A DNA stretch of 64,000 bases, from NCBI GenBank assembly GCA_030704615.1, contig CM060732.1, positions 59,520,001 to 59,584,000 of the forward strand, read 5' to 3'. The notes under the pieces are model-generated. The model was not told the origin of the DNA, did not search any database, and saw only the letters and a program-made list of their open reading frames with translations. The first letter of the stretch is position 1; every line of letters starts with the position of its first letter. Below, in pieces: positions 40,851 through 55,700 of the stretch. The position numbers were made by a program, and so were the translations under genes. The DNA is from Takakia lepidozioides. Its lineage: Eukaryota > Plantae > Bryophyta.

Positions 40851-40999
40851 TTGTTTGCTGGAACAAATATGCCCGGATAAAATGTTGGATAATGGAAAAG
40901 CTATAAATCGCAGACACGGATGAATTTAGTAAGCTTCCATTAGAGAAGAGTGTAAGTAGACCAAGTGTGGCGTGTGTGTGTCAAATCGTCACATCAAGT

Positions 41000-41040
<41 letters not shown>

Positions 41041-42589
41041 GACGCCAACTGAAGCTAGCGTAAATAAGAGCCTCTTCCCCTTGCAAGTACTGCCCCTTTT
41101 TAGAGATGGGCTCTATCCGCACTGTAACCTGTCACACAGTGGCTAACAGTGGCCACTTTTAATCTTACGTTTATTGAGGATTAGGTTGGGAATCTAGCCC
41201 TTGTTGATATGAGCCAAAACAGGTATATGTGCGACCGGTGGATAGGACTGGTCGAGGGGTTGGTGATTGGCTGAATGGCACCAAGTTGAGCAAGATGGTC
41301 TTCTATATGTATAGCCATAAGCTCCGCTCACCAGATATTCTGGCGACCACAGTGACGGCTATATATTTGGTGCTGGTGCAATCAAATCTATACATAACCT
41401 GCCTGGGCATCTTATAAGGAGCCATCAGCATATATGCATTTTTGTGGTGGGAATTTCAAGGTTGTGGGTTCCGTGAAATCTGGGAGTGATATAACAAAGG
41501 TTTTTTTGTCTCGCTGCCATAGAGGCCTGGTGTCACATGTCTCCATGGTTTGTCCAATTTGATTCGGGGGTATTTGTTGGGTGTTTGGGTGGACCGTGGC
41601 TATGTGACCAAATAAATGTTTTAGAATCCGGTGCAGGTGACGGTAGAAAGTGGTAGTTATTTGTGGATTTTGTGAGTTTAGTTAATAATGGTTCTGGATA
41701 TCTCATGTATTTCAAGTCCCAGAATCCAAACTATTTGCATCTTATACCTACAAGAGCCCTGTGGCTCCAGCCCTTTTATTTATTTTTTAATGAATTGTCC
41801 GAAAAAGGAAACTTGGTCATAATTCAGGCCACCTTTATAGGGGAGTGGGAAAATTTAACACCCCATGAACCATACATGAGAGCCATCCCCATACCTAGTG
41901 CCAGGACGCACTCCACTAACTCATTGTCTATGACCCACACAAAAATCACTCGTGTAGGTATTGTGTCTGGTCATGTGCCAGAGGAAAGAAATTAACCCAT
42001 TACATGTTCCGTAGGAGAAGGCAACAACGAGGCAACAACATGTGCCACTTAAATCATCAAACCAATGGAGGGGATGGGAATGGCCCTTCATTGCGAATGA
42101 TAGAATAGAATAAACAGGCGGGTCTAAAGACTCCACCATGATGGGTTTTCATAGTTTCTTGTTGCACACCCCACACCATAGAGATAGGAACACACTAGAC
42201 TTAGGATGGAAGTGGAATGCGCGCGTCCGGTCACTGGAGGTTTGCCGGAGATGGGACGCCATTGGCGGGGCCCATAGGCAAATCCCCACCCCCTCATCCT
42301 CGCCCTTATGCCTGTATTTATGGAGTAGACGATTAAAAATTTCCATTGCTTGAAAAGCAGCGGGCGAGTAGCTTGATGGATGGATGGATTGTTTAATATT
42401 GCTGGGATGCGGGGTTCATTCCCTAGCCAAGGTGCGATTCAATTAAAATATTGTTAACCAGGGCTCCAACCCTGTTAACCAAAAAAAGAAAAAAGAATAT
42501 ATATATATACATATTCAATGATGGAAAGAAATTAAGATAAACTTTTTTGTATCTCCAAAATAATTTGAAGTCCTTGAAGGGGATCTTCG

Positions 42590-42880
42590 CTCTCCTGTTC
42601 CCATTCTTTGCTCCCCATATACTGTGCCCGCTCCCCTTTACGCTCCCCCGTGCTAGTTGCTGCTCCTCCGCTCCCCATGGTGCTCCCTTGTTACTGCTTA
42701 TGCTCCCCCCTGTGCTCCCCTGTTACAGCTCCTGGGGAAACACAGGGGAGCAGTAACATGGGAGCACGAACACAGGGGCGTAAACAGAGGGGAGCAATAA
42801 CAGGGGAACGGGGAATGACACAGCAGGAACAAGGGAGGAAAGGCCAGGGAACAGGGAGTGGAGCGTGGGCCTGGGGTAAG
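42590..42880. repeat. Foldback/imperfect inverted repeat of GCTCCCC / GGGGAGC units
   Basis: C-rich left half mirrors G-rich right half around ~42735. Confidence 0.6.
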
Positions 42881-42989
42881 GGCGCGAAGCACAATGGAAG
42901 CGCTGGACTAGGAAAGGCCTCTCAGCCGGTACTACCGGCAACCGTAGAGGCACATCCCCCCTTTCATTCTTCTTAAAATAAATAAATAC

Positions 42990-43150
42990 TGCTACACATT
43001 GTTGGGTGTGGTACCATTCCCTTGGGTGGTGGTCCCTTTCGGAAGCGATACTGTGAAAGAGGTTATATTCTCCTTTCGCTATATAATTAAGGGGCCTGAT
43101 TTGTGAGCTGTCACTCTAAGGTGCTTCCCTTTTTCAAACAAAAAAAAGAA
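42990..43150 (+). mobile_element. SINE 3' portion with A-rich tail (same family as 35955-36072)
   Basis: GGCCTGATTTGTGAGCTGTCACTCTAAGGTG followed by CAAACAAAAAAAAG. Confidence 0.5.
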
Positions 43151-43249
43151 ATCCATATCTTGGAATCATGAAGGGAGCACATTCCTTCTTAAAAATTTCT
43201 ATGGCAAGTCAAAGATTTGTCAAATAGCCGGCATCACAATAACATATTT

Positions 43250-43385
43250 TGCATGTAGCCAAGTGGTAAAGGGCACATTACCACGTTGGATGTGGTTGTG
43301 GGTTCAAACCACCGTCTTGTGTGTCTCATGAAGGTGTCCACCTTTCAGCTGGAAGATGGTGAAGAGACACCATAATTTACACTTC
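43250..43385 (+). mobile_element. tRNA-derived SINE head (related decayed copy at ~33010-33090)
   Basis: Box A TAGCCAAGTGG and box B GGTTCAAACC with tRNA-like spacing; does not fold into a full cloverleaf. Confidence 0.55.
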
Positions 43386-43387
43386 CT

Positions 43388-43880
43388 TTTGGAGGCGTTT
43401 ATATATATATGTTTTGAAACTGTGTTGTTCTAGTTTCACTCGTTTTGACCAAATCAGATTTGGTTAGCTGTTTTCCGAGGGGCTAGCATTGCTCTGTGTG
43501 CTTGGCTCTTCAGAGGACGCCTTCTGGAGGCGTTTATATATATATGTTTTGAAACTATGTTGTTCTCGTTTCACTCGTTTTGACCTAATCAGATTTGGTT
43601 AGCTGTTTTCTGAGTGGCTAGCATTGCTCGAGGACTCGTGTGTAGTATGGTCACTACAAATTTGCGGCCGCTCCAACACGATGAGTTAGGATATTTGGCG
43701 GTCTGAAGCGAATAATCGCACCCAATTGTCAATGCGTAACTAATATATCGCTTCGATTCTCTTTGGATGACGCATGTGTAGTATGGTTACTACAATTTGT
43801 GACCGCTCCAACACGATGAGTTACAATATGTGGTGGTCTGAAGCGAATAATCGCACCCAATTGTCAATGCGTAACCGATA
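43388..43880. repeat. Two adjacent pairs of ~135-bp tandem duplications
   Basis: GGAGGCGTTTATATATATATG…GCATTGCTC twice (43390, 43525); GTGTAGTATGGT…GTCAATGCGTAAC twice (43640, 43776). Confidence 0.8.
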
Positions 43881-45377
43881 TATCGGCCGGAAAAAATGCC
43901 CCGAATCAAGATACGAGCTGCGAAGAAATTGGAAGGAAATAAGACATGTTTTGCGGCTCTTCCATGTGCAGCCACCCACATGGGGGGATCTGAAGGGCAC
44001 TTTCTTCTACCCATTCTAAGTAATGCACCTTTCTTTAATAGTTCATGTGTTGTCCTGTATAATTGTGTGTTATGGGGATTTGTACCCACGATCGTTTGTC
44101 CATTGTAGCAGGTAATTGTGACTTATAATATGTGAGAACGTGTCACATGGGCAGAAAAATAGATAAAAGTAATCTGTCATCCATCGTATACACACCTACA
44201 TAGATATGCATACTTGATATGTACACGACACGTGCGTAAAACAGATAAGACTGCGTAGAGTCTACGCGTAGCCCATATAGACTCGGATAGAGCTGACGCG
44301 TTCTCGTCGTCAGATCGCAAAAGCATCTTGCATCTACACCTTCCACGTGTGTATTGTGACCGTCAGTACGCAGGCTATATCGGGTCAGGTTGAATTCAAT
44401 CGTCAGATTCTCATCATCGGACGATTCTCATTTTTGTACGATCTGTCTGATGGGACGGACGATGTGACGGGCGTACGTGGCAGTCAGAATGGACCTCCAA
44501 CTGTGAGATCCGTCAAGCCTAGGATTTATTGTGGATAGGAATGGGGATAATGTGGGCGGTGACTAATAAGCCTGATTAGCATCTCGTCAATGAAAATGTG
44601 CCACGTTTCAGTCCTGTCTAGGAGAGGGACGGTTTTAGTGTCGCCGGCCCCTTTACTTACCCGGTGATCGGAGCCTAATTTCCTCCATTGCTTCCGTTAC
44701 ATACCCGTTTTTAGATTTTCTACGGCCACTTTGGCGCCGGTGGGCGGAAAATAGGGCTCCCAGAAGCTCGTGGACTCTCTCACTGGAACCTTCTTACGCG
44801 CTGGCGCCGTCAAAATGAACGACCCTGGATTATGTGCGGATTACTACCTACTCAGAAATTTCTGCAAGGTCCGGGAAGAAGTTTCTCACAAATCGAGTGA
44901 TTATCCCACGAGAGATTTAGTAGATAGCTAGTTAGACGGGAGATGGGTTAGTAGGTGATTAGTAGGTGGTGAGATTGAGTTAGTTAGTCTCCATCCTCCC
45001 AGGCGGAGGAAGGAGAACCTATAACCGTGCGGCCCCAGGGGGGCCTTTAAAGGCAGGCCAAACCTGAAGCAGCATCATTCGTTCATCTCTGCGTCAATCT
45101 CAGAGAGTTTTCTTTCCCTTGTAAATTCAACATCCCATTTGGGTTCTTCCTCTCAGTCAATCTGAGATCGCGCATTGTTGTCCCTGCTCAAAGATTGTAG
45201 TTCTTTCCTTAGTTCCAGAATCCAGAGTCACGCAGTGTGCACGAAAGTGTGTTGATCAAGTAGCGCTTTGAGTGCTGCAGAAGTTTTGCAGACAGGTTGA
45301 GATCAAACAGTTGGGTATAGTCTCAGTGGTCGAAGGGTCAGACTGTAGTAGCACTTGTTTTCTATTAGCAAGGAAGT

Positions 45378-46065
45378 ATGGCCCAGGCAGTGGTGAATTC
45401 GCTCCGGGGAAGTAGTATGTTTCAGCCCTTGTGTGGAAGTTCATTCCATGGCGATTCTCTTCAAGCCGCCTCACAAGCGCGCTTCGCTTGTCAAGGAAAG
45501 AGAAGGAGTCACGGTCTTGTGGTAGCAAGGGGGTATATTGACGGGAGTGTGGCGGATCATTATGCAACCCTAGGAGTTAATCCTGGCGCACCAAGACATG
45601 AGATCAAGAAGGCGTACCGCCGGCTGGCTCTCCAGTATCACCCTGATGTTTGCAGTGGCGAGCACTGCATCAGGAAGTTTCAGCAAATCAATAGAGCCTA
45701 TGAGGTACTCTTCTGCCCTCTTTGTGTTGTTATCGTCTATCTGTGTCTTTCCCCTTTGTCTGGCTTGCCATGAGAAACAGGGTCCATTTTCTGTTCCCTT
45801 GTCTCGCTCAACGAAATTTCGAACTCTTCTTTCATCAATAGTGCATGTGGTTTGTTTCTATCGTTGTCTCATGTTTCTCTTTTGGGCTGTGCAGAACGTC
45901 TTGAATGGCACAACGCAATTCGGGCAATTCGATGACGATTTGTCGGACAATCTGGAGGGATTCATGGGCGTGGGAGACGATTCTTGGGAGGATTGGGAAG
46001 AGTGGATGGGATGGGAGGGCGCTGGGACATACGACTACTCCAACCATGTCAATGCGAGCATTTGA
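45378..46065 (+). CDS. ATJ8: Chloroplast small J-domain co-chaperone, ATJ8/DJC22-like (2 coding exons: 45378-45704, 45895-46065; 165 aa)
   Basis: Transit-peptide-like N-terminus. J-domain DHYATLGV…IKKAYRRLALQYHPDVCSG…FQQINRAYE. C-terminal WEEWMGWEGAGTYDYSNHVN motif characteristic of ATJ8 homologs. GT-AG intron keeps frame. Confidence 0.92.
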
Positions 46066-47829
46066 CAATAGTTGGGGGCCTTTTCCTCTGTGAATATGTT
46101 TTATCAACGCAGTACGTGTACATATGTTTAGGTCACAACGGAGACGGAACCTTCTGGAGGGTGGCTCTGCGTCAAATTAACCCACAACCTGCATCCAGGT
46201 TGCGAGGACACACGCGAGTGTAGCACCCTGTCATATTCTGTGTGTAAATAGCTTGAAGTCTAGAGTCTTGGCGCCGCATCTATACATGTACATAAGATTT
46301 CTATCTGCCCCCAGGGAATACCGAGAGTGGCGGTATCTTAGATCTTTAGCCTCCTTTCATTGTACACAACTATGTGCATATGTGCATAATAGGCAGTCAT
46401 TGGGGAGCAATTTTCCAATTTGTACCATCCATTTTTTGCTTCAATGTCAAGAAGCATAAAGGAACCTCCCCTTTCAATTGAGACCAGCGGATGTTCGAAA
46501 TTGTAACAAAGAGCATGATACTTGAAGAAGTCCCAACCTGTGAGCACCTCCTCTGTGCATCTATTTGTGGTCTCAGATGTGGGGATGATCGTGTTATGAG
46601 TGTCGTAGCTCTTTGGCAGTGGTTTGGGTATAATCTGTTATGTGGTTATGGCAAATAGAATCTCTGCTGCTAGATTTGCCTATCAGGAGAGATCGTGATC
46701 TTGTCTTCCAACGAAAGATATTCTCCTTTGCAGCTCCCTTTCCAAAGTCTCACGGTTAAGATTGAGTACTACTGTAAGCTTGTGTTAGTGTGCACTGAAT
46801 CATCGACAGAGTGCGAGAATGTTTTGCCTTTGCTTCAAGGGAGTGGTGTGGAAATCAAATATGTTGCGGTGACCCTTTTTGGTTGGGCTATGCATATCTT
46901 GGTGTCGTCCCAATATCTCCGAACACCTCTGGTTGGGAAGATATACTCTGTCGTGCGGATGCTTACTGCTTACTCCACCTTGTCCTTCCATGAGTGTACC
47001 ACTCTGACTTGGCAAAAATTAGGATGTCGTATTCCCAATTGATCTCACACGATTCTTCCCTAACAGTCTGTCCCTTTGCGTTGCATTCGTCTGATTAGTA
47101 TGGGGATGAACAAGCAACACGGTACTTGTGAAGATAAAAAGAGTATCGTGGGCCCAGACCGAGTATTGCAAACACTCCTTTTCTGTGTCTCTTGCTCAAG
47201 CAGTCCGACCCACAGCGGTAGTTCATTCAGCATCTCTGCACAGGCAAAAGTGCCCCCTCAGGATCATAAATGCCTCGGGGCCCAGCCACAGGACATGGGC
47301 TCTATCCTATCACATTGTGAGGATGAGAAAAGCATGTACTTGGCAAGAAAGCAATAAGCAACATGTATGTATGTTGGTGCCACAGTGTACCATAAAGTGA
47401 TGACTCTTCCTGTCACGTACAAACTGCTGGGCCCAAATTGTAGGCACTTTAGCCACACAGTGCAGGAAAGTGGCAGGCCTTATTTGTAGCGCATAACTGT
47501 TCCTAGACTTTTGTGACAAACTAGACAAGAGGACTAGGTCCAATTGGCCCCTACATTGAATATGAATTGGCACAGTTCCTGATAAACTTTGCCATATGGC
47601 TCGTTCAAGAAATACTGCAGATGTACTAGGGGGGCAGGTGAGCACAATACAATATTCCTTTAAATAGAATATTCCAGGCATTTCCGGTGGCCTTCATCTT
47701 CTCGCTGTTGGGCATTGTGCAAGGAGAGAGAGAGAGAGAGAGAGGACTCCGGCTGAAGCCGGCATAACTAAGAGCCACTTCGCCTCACGGCTATTGCCCC
47801 CTTTTGGGGGTGGGGTCCTATAAGGTCTC

Positions 47830-49779
47830 TCGCAACTTTGGAACAGTCATCTGCATCCCAATGAACAAACTTCACACAAATGCGTACGTCAACGTACGCA
47901 TTTTTTGATGGGATGTATGAGGGGACAGAGGCGACCTCCAAACCACTCCTCCCAAACCGCCAGAAAGTCATTCTAGTGTGTTGCCATCACAGATTGCAGT
48001 TTGTTATGTTTTGCGTCCTTTGAAAATGCAGTATAGGAGTAGAATCAGCCTCCTAGACTGAGACTGCGTGCGTTGACGCACACACTTTTCACTGTGAACG
48101 TGCTGTGATTTCATGACAGATTAGCTTGCACAAACACATTGCAGGCAAAGAAAATGAAGAGCGTAGAAGCAACGCCGCCTGTTGGAGGAGAAAAAGAGGT
48201 TGAGGATGATGAAAACGACCCTCATTACGAGGACAAAACCGATGAAGTCATGGGATACCATAAGGTGAATTCTGCCCAAGTCATTAAGTTGAGGGTTGTT
48301 CCTGGTGGGAGGCTGTCGATACCATTGTGCAGGATGATCTCAATGCCAGTAGTCCGTACACATATAAGAAGTGCGACTTCGAAGTCCTATGGGACCTTGT
48401 ATAAGCTCACGATGCGTTCTTGGAATACATGTACACGGTGAGCCTCTGCATATTTGATTGCCTTTGGAAGAGGATTCTGAGTCTCTGTTGATGCAACAAG
48501 AAATAGCGGAGGCAGACAAGCGTGGAAAAGCTGAGGATTACGCCTCCCTCCCCAAAGACAAGCAAATTGCGAAGGGAGTAGAGACTGTAATTACCAGAGA
48601 GATAGACATCTAGAGAAAACAGCTCATGAGTGGATCAATCAAACAGTTGCGTATCGCTGATCCTACTTTTGGGCCAAAATTCCTAAACCAAGTGAAGGTC
48701 CACTGGAACAAACACAGCAAACCGGAGATGACACAAGAGAAGCTTCATCGACTGTCCATGGCTGTTGTGGAGCCGGAGTAGAAGGTGTGATGGTTAGAGA
48801 TATGGAACTCAGACTAATAGTGAGGGACACCCACATGTTTCCAAAAAGTAAGAAGGACAATAACACCGGGAATATGAGGCTTTTTAGTGACGAAGTGTTT
48901 GACACATAGCTACACAAGGCAACATTTTGGAGCTAGATTCAGGAACAACCAATATCCAACCTTTTTTGCACATGTTCTAATAGAACCGTTTAAGCATTCT
49001 TGCCTACTTACCTTTGCTATGTCTTGCAGCTGGAGCATAGGGCCTGGTCTGACTTGTAGAGGCAGCTCGTGGATTTTAGTATAACCATGGCTCCACTGGA
49101 CGTCACATTCCAGGCCTATGTGCGTAAGTGGAAAGCAATAGTCTGGCACAACTGTTTTTTCAGGGGTTTCACAAAGAAGGGGTATCTCTTGAACGCATGA
49201 TTTTGAGCAGCAGTATAATGCAAAAGTTGTAATGAAGCGTACATGTTCTCCACATTCATTACCATTTCAGCAATTTCTCTCCATTGTCAATCTCCTCCAG
49301 AAATCAAGTGATGGATTGCCTTGAAACCGCGTGCGTTGACGCACATACTTTCAGAGGGTCCTTTATCCTCCTGTTAATTTGCTCTGAGCTCCACCTCTAC
49401 CATGAATCGAGTGATGGACTCCTCTGAAACCGTGTGCGTTTATGCATCAGACAGATTCAAAGGGTCCCTCTCTTGCTTTTCATGTGCATGGAGCTCCATA
49501 CTCTGGAACAGTATGCGCTGACACACACAGATCCAGAGGGCCCCTCTCCCGCTTTTCATATGCATGGTCGAGCTCCACACACAGGGAGACACTCCATCTG
49601 TTTATTGCCTGAGAGCTCCACACTTGTCAGAAATGGATCCCTCTGGAAGTGTATGCATTGACACACACACACAGTTTTAGAGGTCTCCTCTCTCCCATGT
49701 TCATGTCCTCAGAGCTATTTAATTCGGGGCTCACGGGCTCAAAAGCTTACATGGTCAGGCTCACAATCTAGCACGCCCC
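47830..49779 (+). mobile_element. Element B, other piece: 5' part of ParB-MTase cargo pseudogene joined by deletion to the element terminus
   Basis: HYEDKTDEVMGYHKVNSAQVI…IPLCRMISMPVVR (48139-48360) and QQEIAE…/KGIS*THDFEQQYN are homologous to element A cargo. Palindromes at 47881, 48066 and 49330. Terminus GGCTCAC-AATC-TAGC-ACGCCCC ends at 49779. Confidence 0.82.
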
Positions 49780-52700
49780 CTATTCCACCTATGTATCTAT
49801 GTTAGTATCTAGTTTACTATTTAATCATTGGGTGCTTGTGCTGTACCTACAATGTGGTGTTTTGTGAAAAATGGTGTACTATATGAGTTTGAATGTGTTG
49901 GAGACTCTATGATGTTGCATAGTGTTTAGTGATTGAATTTGAATAGGCTCTAACTCTATGCTAGATTCATTTCTCTTTTGAAAAAAAAAACTCTACGAGC
50001 TTACTACCCAATATTAAGCAGCTACCATAGATGAGAAGAGTATGCATGCCTCGGATAGCAAATGATGATGGAGATGGATGACAACTAAATTAGTGAAAGT
50101 TTGGGTTTTTTGTTAGAGATCATCGTGGATGAATGTGTGCAAGGCGTGAGTGGTTAGGTAAAGGTACGGTGAATGGTGGCGTGTCAGGTAATGTACATAT
50201 CAACTCATGATTTATTGTACTTGTTAGTATCTTAGCCAGAATCTAAAAGATGGTGTCAAACTCAACAGCTCATGTAGAGAGAGTTGAGGAAGAGAGTAAG
50301 CGTGAGGCACTATTTCTAAATGTGGTTAGGGATTATTGGTTTTTTGGAAATTCGGGCGTATGCTCTTCTTTATCTCTTTAGGAAGTCTCCTCTGAAACCA
50401 CCTGCGACGGCTAGAATGAATGGATCTTTTATAATAAAAAACTTTTGAAATCTGATGTTAGTTGCTCCCACTTTCCCTCACATTGAATTTTGGATTGTAA
50501 CACTCTACACTTCACCTTCTCTTCCTCCATGACTGCCTACCTTTCGACGGCTATATTGACCATCAAAATTCGTTGAAATCTGATGTTAGTTGCTCTCACT
50601 TTCCCTGACATTGAATTTTAGATTATAACACTCTACACTTCACCTTCTCTTCTTCCATGACTGCCCACCTTTCGGCGGCTATATTGACCATCAAAATTCT
50701 TTGTTGGAGCACGTTTGCTCGAAGTTCATGTTTTTCCCATTGGTCTTTTCGTTTCACTCCACCAAGGTCGTCGTCTTAGATGATGTAAATTTTTGTGTTT
50801 CAAATACAATCTCGTTGTACAAGCGTCATCCTTCAGCAATCATAACGATCTAGCATATACAATAATAAATTGTTTGTAGTCTGGAAGCTCTCATACATTT
50901 ACAACAGATTTGCATCAAAATATATACATCCGGTTACCAAATGGTCTCATGTACAAGAACATCACCCAACCGCTGAACTCCACACGATTGTGCAAACGCT
51001 TTATAAGGCCTGGCAATTTTCTCCAAGTACCCAATCGACAACCATGTTTCTGTAGTGTTTGGTTTAAAATATGCTTAGCTCGTAAATTTTTTTCGTACTC
51101 TGAGAAGCTCATGCTCACAAAACAATTATAGTATTTCACTCCTGACTGAAAAATGATAAGGGATGTAGTGATGAACATGATTAAATGGCCAATCTTTGTA
51201 GATCTGATCATGTTTCCAGTGATGTGGCCATATGTGCAGATTATGCAGCTAAAAACTGTAGGTCTTTAGGAGTTGACACGTCACTCCCAAACATTGATCC
51301 ATTTTGTTTTTGGGAGCACCAATGATCTGTTGACATGTATGCCGCATGTATGTAAGATACTTCCAATTGTTATCTGCCATGCATCACACTATTCCACCCA
51401 AGTCAGCTCACAAATCATCTCATACAAAAGATATGTAATCTTACAAGAAATCCGTGAATTATAGTTAGTGCCCTTGAAATCAAATGAAAGCATTCATCAA
51501 GGACAACAAAAATTACCAAATTTGTCTTTTTATTGTGTCATCTTACAGTAGGGGCTTGGGGGCAACTTCTTGCAAACACATTTCTTCAATTTCCTATGAA
51601 TTATTCTCAAACTGAAAAGTGTGTTGGAGATGAGCGGACAAAGAGATGTCCATCATAAACCATTTAATTTTAAGATCAGCCGTCATTCCCAAACAAAAGA
51701 ATTCAATCGACTTTCAACCCTTTGAACAAGGGAAATTGGAGTGAGTAGATGAGCACTACGTATTGCTTAAACATAGTCTACAGTAGGGTAATGTGTATAA
51801 ATTATAAACATTCTTCAGTTATGAAATATTCTAGGTAAGCTCCCATTACTTTATGTTGATATGGCGACGAGAGTGACCTTTCAAATTCACACTCATATTA
51901 GCTCTCAAGGGGCACCTTGTCAAATTGAAAGGGTACGACCACCAAATGCTACAACATGTGAATGGGTAGCTGGCAGAGTCTATGATTAGCCAACGGGGTT
52001 TGTCTCGTAGGAAACAGAGCAAGTGGCCCATTACATTTCTACATGGCCCTCAACAAATGGACTTCTAATGTTCACTGGTAAGAAAACATTTTAGTGTGCT
52101 CTGCCAAGACGATTGATAGCAGGATATACCAAGATATACATAAAATTTAGAGCAAAGTCGAACTACCGAGTATCTCTAGCTTATTGAGTTAAGTGTAACA
52201 ACTAAATCTCCTAGAGTCGTGGATAAGATGAGTTAATTATCTTTGTGAATACAATCTTCAAACCTCCCAAAGACCAGTTGTAATCGATCTCCTAACTAGC
52301 ATGTTGGTTTATGAAGAATGCGCGTATGTGGATGTATTCAATCTATCATCAATGGTAGGTCGGAGGACCGTGGGATTGTGAGAAGATTTTCAGATTTGGA
52401 GTCGCAATCTAAGGATACTCGCTTTAACGGCTAAGATGGCAGGACTCCCTCGGCCCAGAACAAGATGGTTTCATACTTCTTACACACTGCGTAACGGTGA
52501 TGTTGTCCACAATGGTGACAACGTCATATTGTGGCCTGCACATGGAGACACTATGTACGTATGTGTTATCGAGAGAATGTACAAAGAAATAACACACCGA
52601 TATACGGAGGTAGAAATGATGCAGGTACGTTGGTACTACACGCCTTACGACACACTTCGTGGGAAAGAATCCCATCATAGTGAGAGTGAGGTTTTTTCTA

Positions 52701-55700
52701 CAAATGAAAGATCTGAACAACTTATGGCTAGCATAGAGGGTAAATGCAACATCCACACCTATGCAGAGTATTGTGCTTTGCCATGGGCTGAGACACGAGA
52801 AGGATATATAAGGGACTACTTTTGCCGTATGTCATACGACCCAAATACAGGTGATTACTCTCATGATAATTTTCCTCCCATTTCCATTGTTTGTATCTGC
52901 CAGGTGCCTGAGAATCCAGATCTTGAGATGATTCAATGTGATGGTTGCCATAAATGGTTCCACATTATTTGCATGGGCGTCACTGACGCTCAGCGTAGCG
53001 CAGTAAGTTGGAAATGCCCGCAATGTATTTTGACATCTAATAGCCGATGTCGTCGAAGGTAGCAACAGTGCTGAGATGCCAATGCATCCATGACACTTCT
53101 TCGAGATGTTTTTTTTTTTTTTTTTCCTCTACGGGAGATCTTCGGACGTCTCCCCATTGTCATTCCCTAAAATCTTACAAATATATACATTCGATAAACT
53201 CTTTTGCACTTAACCTGCTGGTAGATCTCCAGCTTCTGATTTTACTGTTGTTGCTCATGTATTGATGGCCCCCCTGTGGTTTGAGCTACAGCATGAGGTC
53301 CTTGGTTCCAATTTTGGTGCTTCAAGTCAAAACTAGCTCCAACCCAGGTGAATATAATGCTCAAAGGGCGACCACTATGTATTCCTCTTCCAAAGGCTCA
53401 ATTGAGGTACGTTTGTAGTGGAGTTGTGAAGAAAAAGATAGATCTAGATTTCTAAGCTGGATCAACTGGGAACAAATGATCCTCTACTCGTCATCCATTT
53501 AGCTCTCTTTGTGAACAACAAGAGAGATGAAGAATTATCTTCCAAAGTTTACTGCTTGATACACATGAGTTCAAAAGATTTTTCTTGGAACAAATTGAAT
53601 AGATATATCCATTAATATTATTGCCATCAATGGGGCGCACATCCTTTGGAATCGAATAACCAATCAAATCAAGAACATTTGTTCCAAGTCAAATGTTACA
53701 ATATTGGGCCGTACAGTTCTAAAAACTGAATTGTGCCTTGTTTTTGCTTTTCGAAATCCTTCTACTATGACCTCAAAAACCAAATGGATGACTTTTTAAA
53801 TTATTTGATTACTCACATATTTGAGAGGGAGTCCCAACCAGTGTTGTTTTGGTATGTGTCAGTCGGCTGGGGTATGTGCAAGGGTATAGGTAAGGTATGC
53901 CAGAACCAACCCGACTGGTGTGTCATATAGCCTATACCTCGGGTGTGTGTAGAACTTAGGGTTTAGGGCTCCAAACATACCCAAACTGATATCATACCAG
54001 CCACAATAGCTAGCGGAACATACCAGTACAACATAATAGAAATCATACCAGTACAACAATGTTCTGTTGAAAATGGACATGATTTCCATAACATGATAAT
54101 GGACATGTCACCAGTACAACATAATTGGTCCCAACTGTTACTCATCAGGCACGTCCTTGAGCTCAACAAAAAAATTGGAGAATAAGGTTGTGATTTGTAA
54201 GAATTTCTAGGATTTTCAAACACACCTTGGAGAGCTTTGAACTCGACTAGGTCTACTACAATAGAAACCAGCCACTGTATGACTTCAAAAATACAGTCGT
54301 AATGTTAACAATGTTGGTGATTTGGCACGCATGTGCAGAATATTGTGCGAGTCGTTTTGGCCTCTAGTCATAACGAGTATTATAAGTCGTTATAAGCATG
54401 TAATGTTCCTTTTCATGACTGATGTAGCTTTGGTAGGCGAGTAGGATTTGGAAGGGGTGCAAGAACGTTTCGTGTCAAAAGGGTATGTGGAAGTGGGCAT
54501 TGTATCCTTTGCCGATGATTGTTAGATACTACAATGCCAACTGCAAGACTAGGAAACCATCATGGATAGCTTCAATGCAAATGTATGAAAGGTCACATGT
54601 GTACATTCATTTTAACGATATTATTCAATTTAACATGTTTCAGATAATAACGAAACAAAGCACGGACACGATGAATGGGATGTTTCAAAAACTCCATGTC
54701 TACTAATGCATTAGATGAATTGCTCTCAATTCTACTCATGACTTAGTTACTTTGCAAATACGATGCGTCATTTAAAATAATCATTTTTCATTCTCTACTA
54801 AATCAATCATAGAGAGTGGACTCAAAGCATCATATTTTTCTACTCTTTTATAAATTTGTCCAAAACCTAATAGAACCAAGAATGCTGAGATGATTATTTT
54901 CGTTCTCATTTCAAACTAAGAATGGAACCATATTATAATTACGATAAAGTTTAGTTTAGAAATTATGGATTTTTTGGGGGGGTTTAAAACAAAAGTTAAA
55001 GCTAAAGCTAAAGATTTAATCCTAAAATATTTGAGAGATTTTGTATATTAGTTTCAAGAATCAATTGTAGATATACATTATTTTAAGACTTTTGATCTCA
55101 AAATTCTATAGCTTAATCTATAAACTTAAGCTAAAAAGGTTATGTATTGCAAAAACTAAGATGATTCAGTCCTTCACAAAGATTGTGATGTTGTAAAATT
55201 TGAACAAACTTGATGAAGATCATCTGAGGACTAGAAACTCACATTTGAATTTTGGCTACTCATTGTCTGCTCGCAACAAATTGGGTCCTACTTTGATACT
55301 ACATTGAATGCTAGATTATTGATTTCCCCATATCTCTCGTAGCTCAAATTCTCTCGTGGTTGCCCAAGGTCTGGGAGGTGATGAATATGCTGCTAACGGT
55401 AATTGTCTTTTTAGGTCATGATTCCATTTCGAGAGGTGAGTGGACTGACCATTACCAAGATCTTTTTCTGTACAGAAGGAGTCACGTTCACATTGCCACT
55501 AGCTTGGTTGTGATTAGTTTTTCTTTCAAACATGTTTTGCTCTGCTTGTTCATCTTAAACTTTATTATTAATGTTTTTCTGAGATGTATATGTTCGTTGC
55601 ATTGTTACATTGTAAGTACACTTACAATCAATATATGAAGCGAGACGTTTGTTTTGTTTTGTTTTGTTTTGTAGTGTCGTTGAGATCTCCCAAACCGCGG

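Noticed and set aside
43250-43325. tRNA gene
   Set aside because: Only A/B boxes are present, with no proper acceptor or anticodon stems; better explained as a SINE head.
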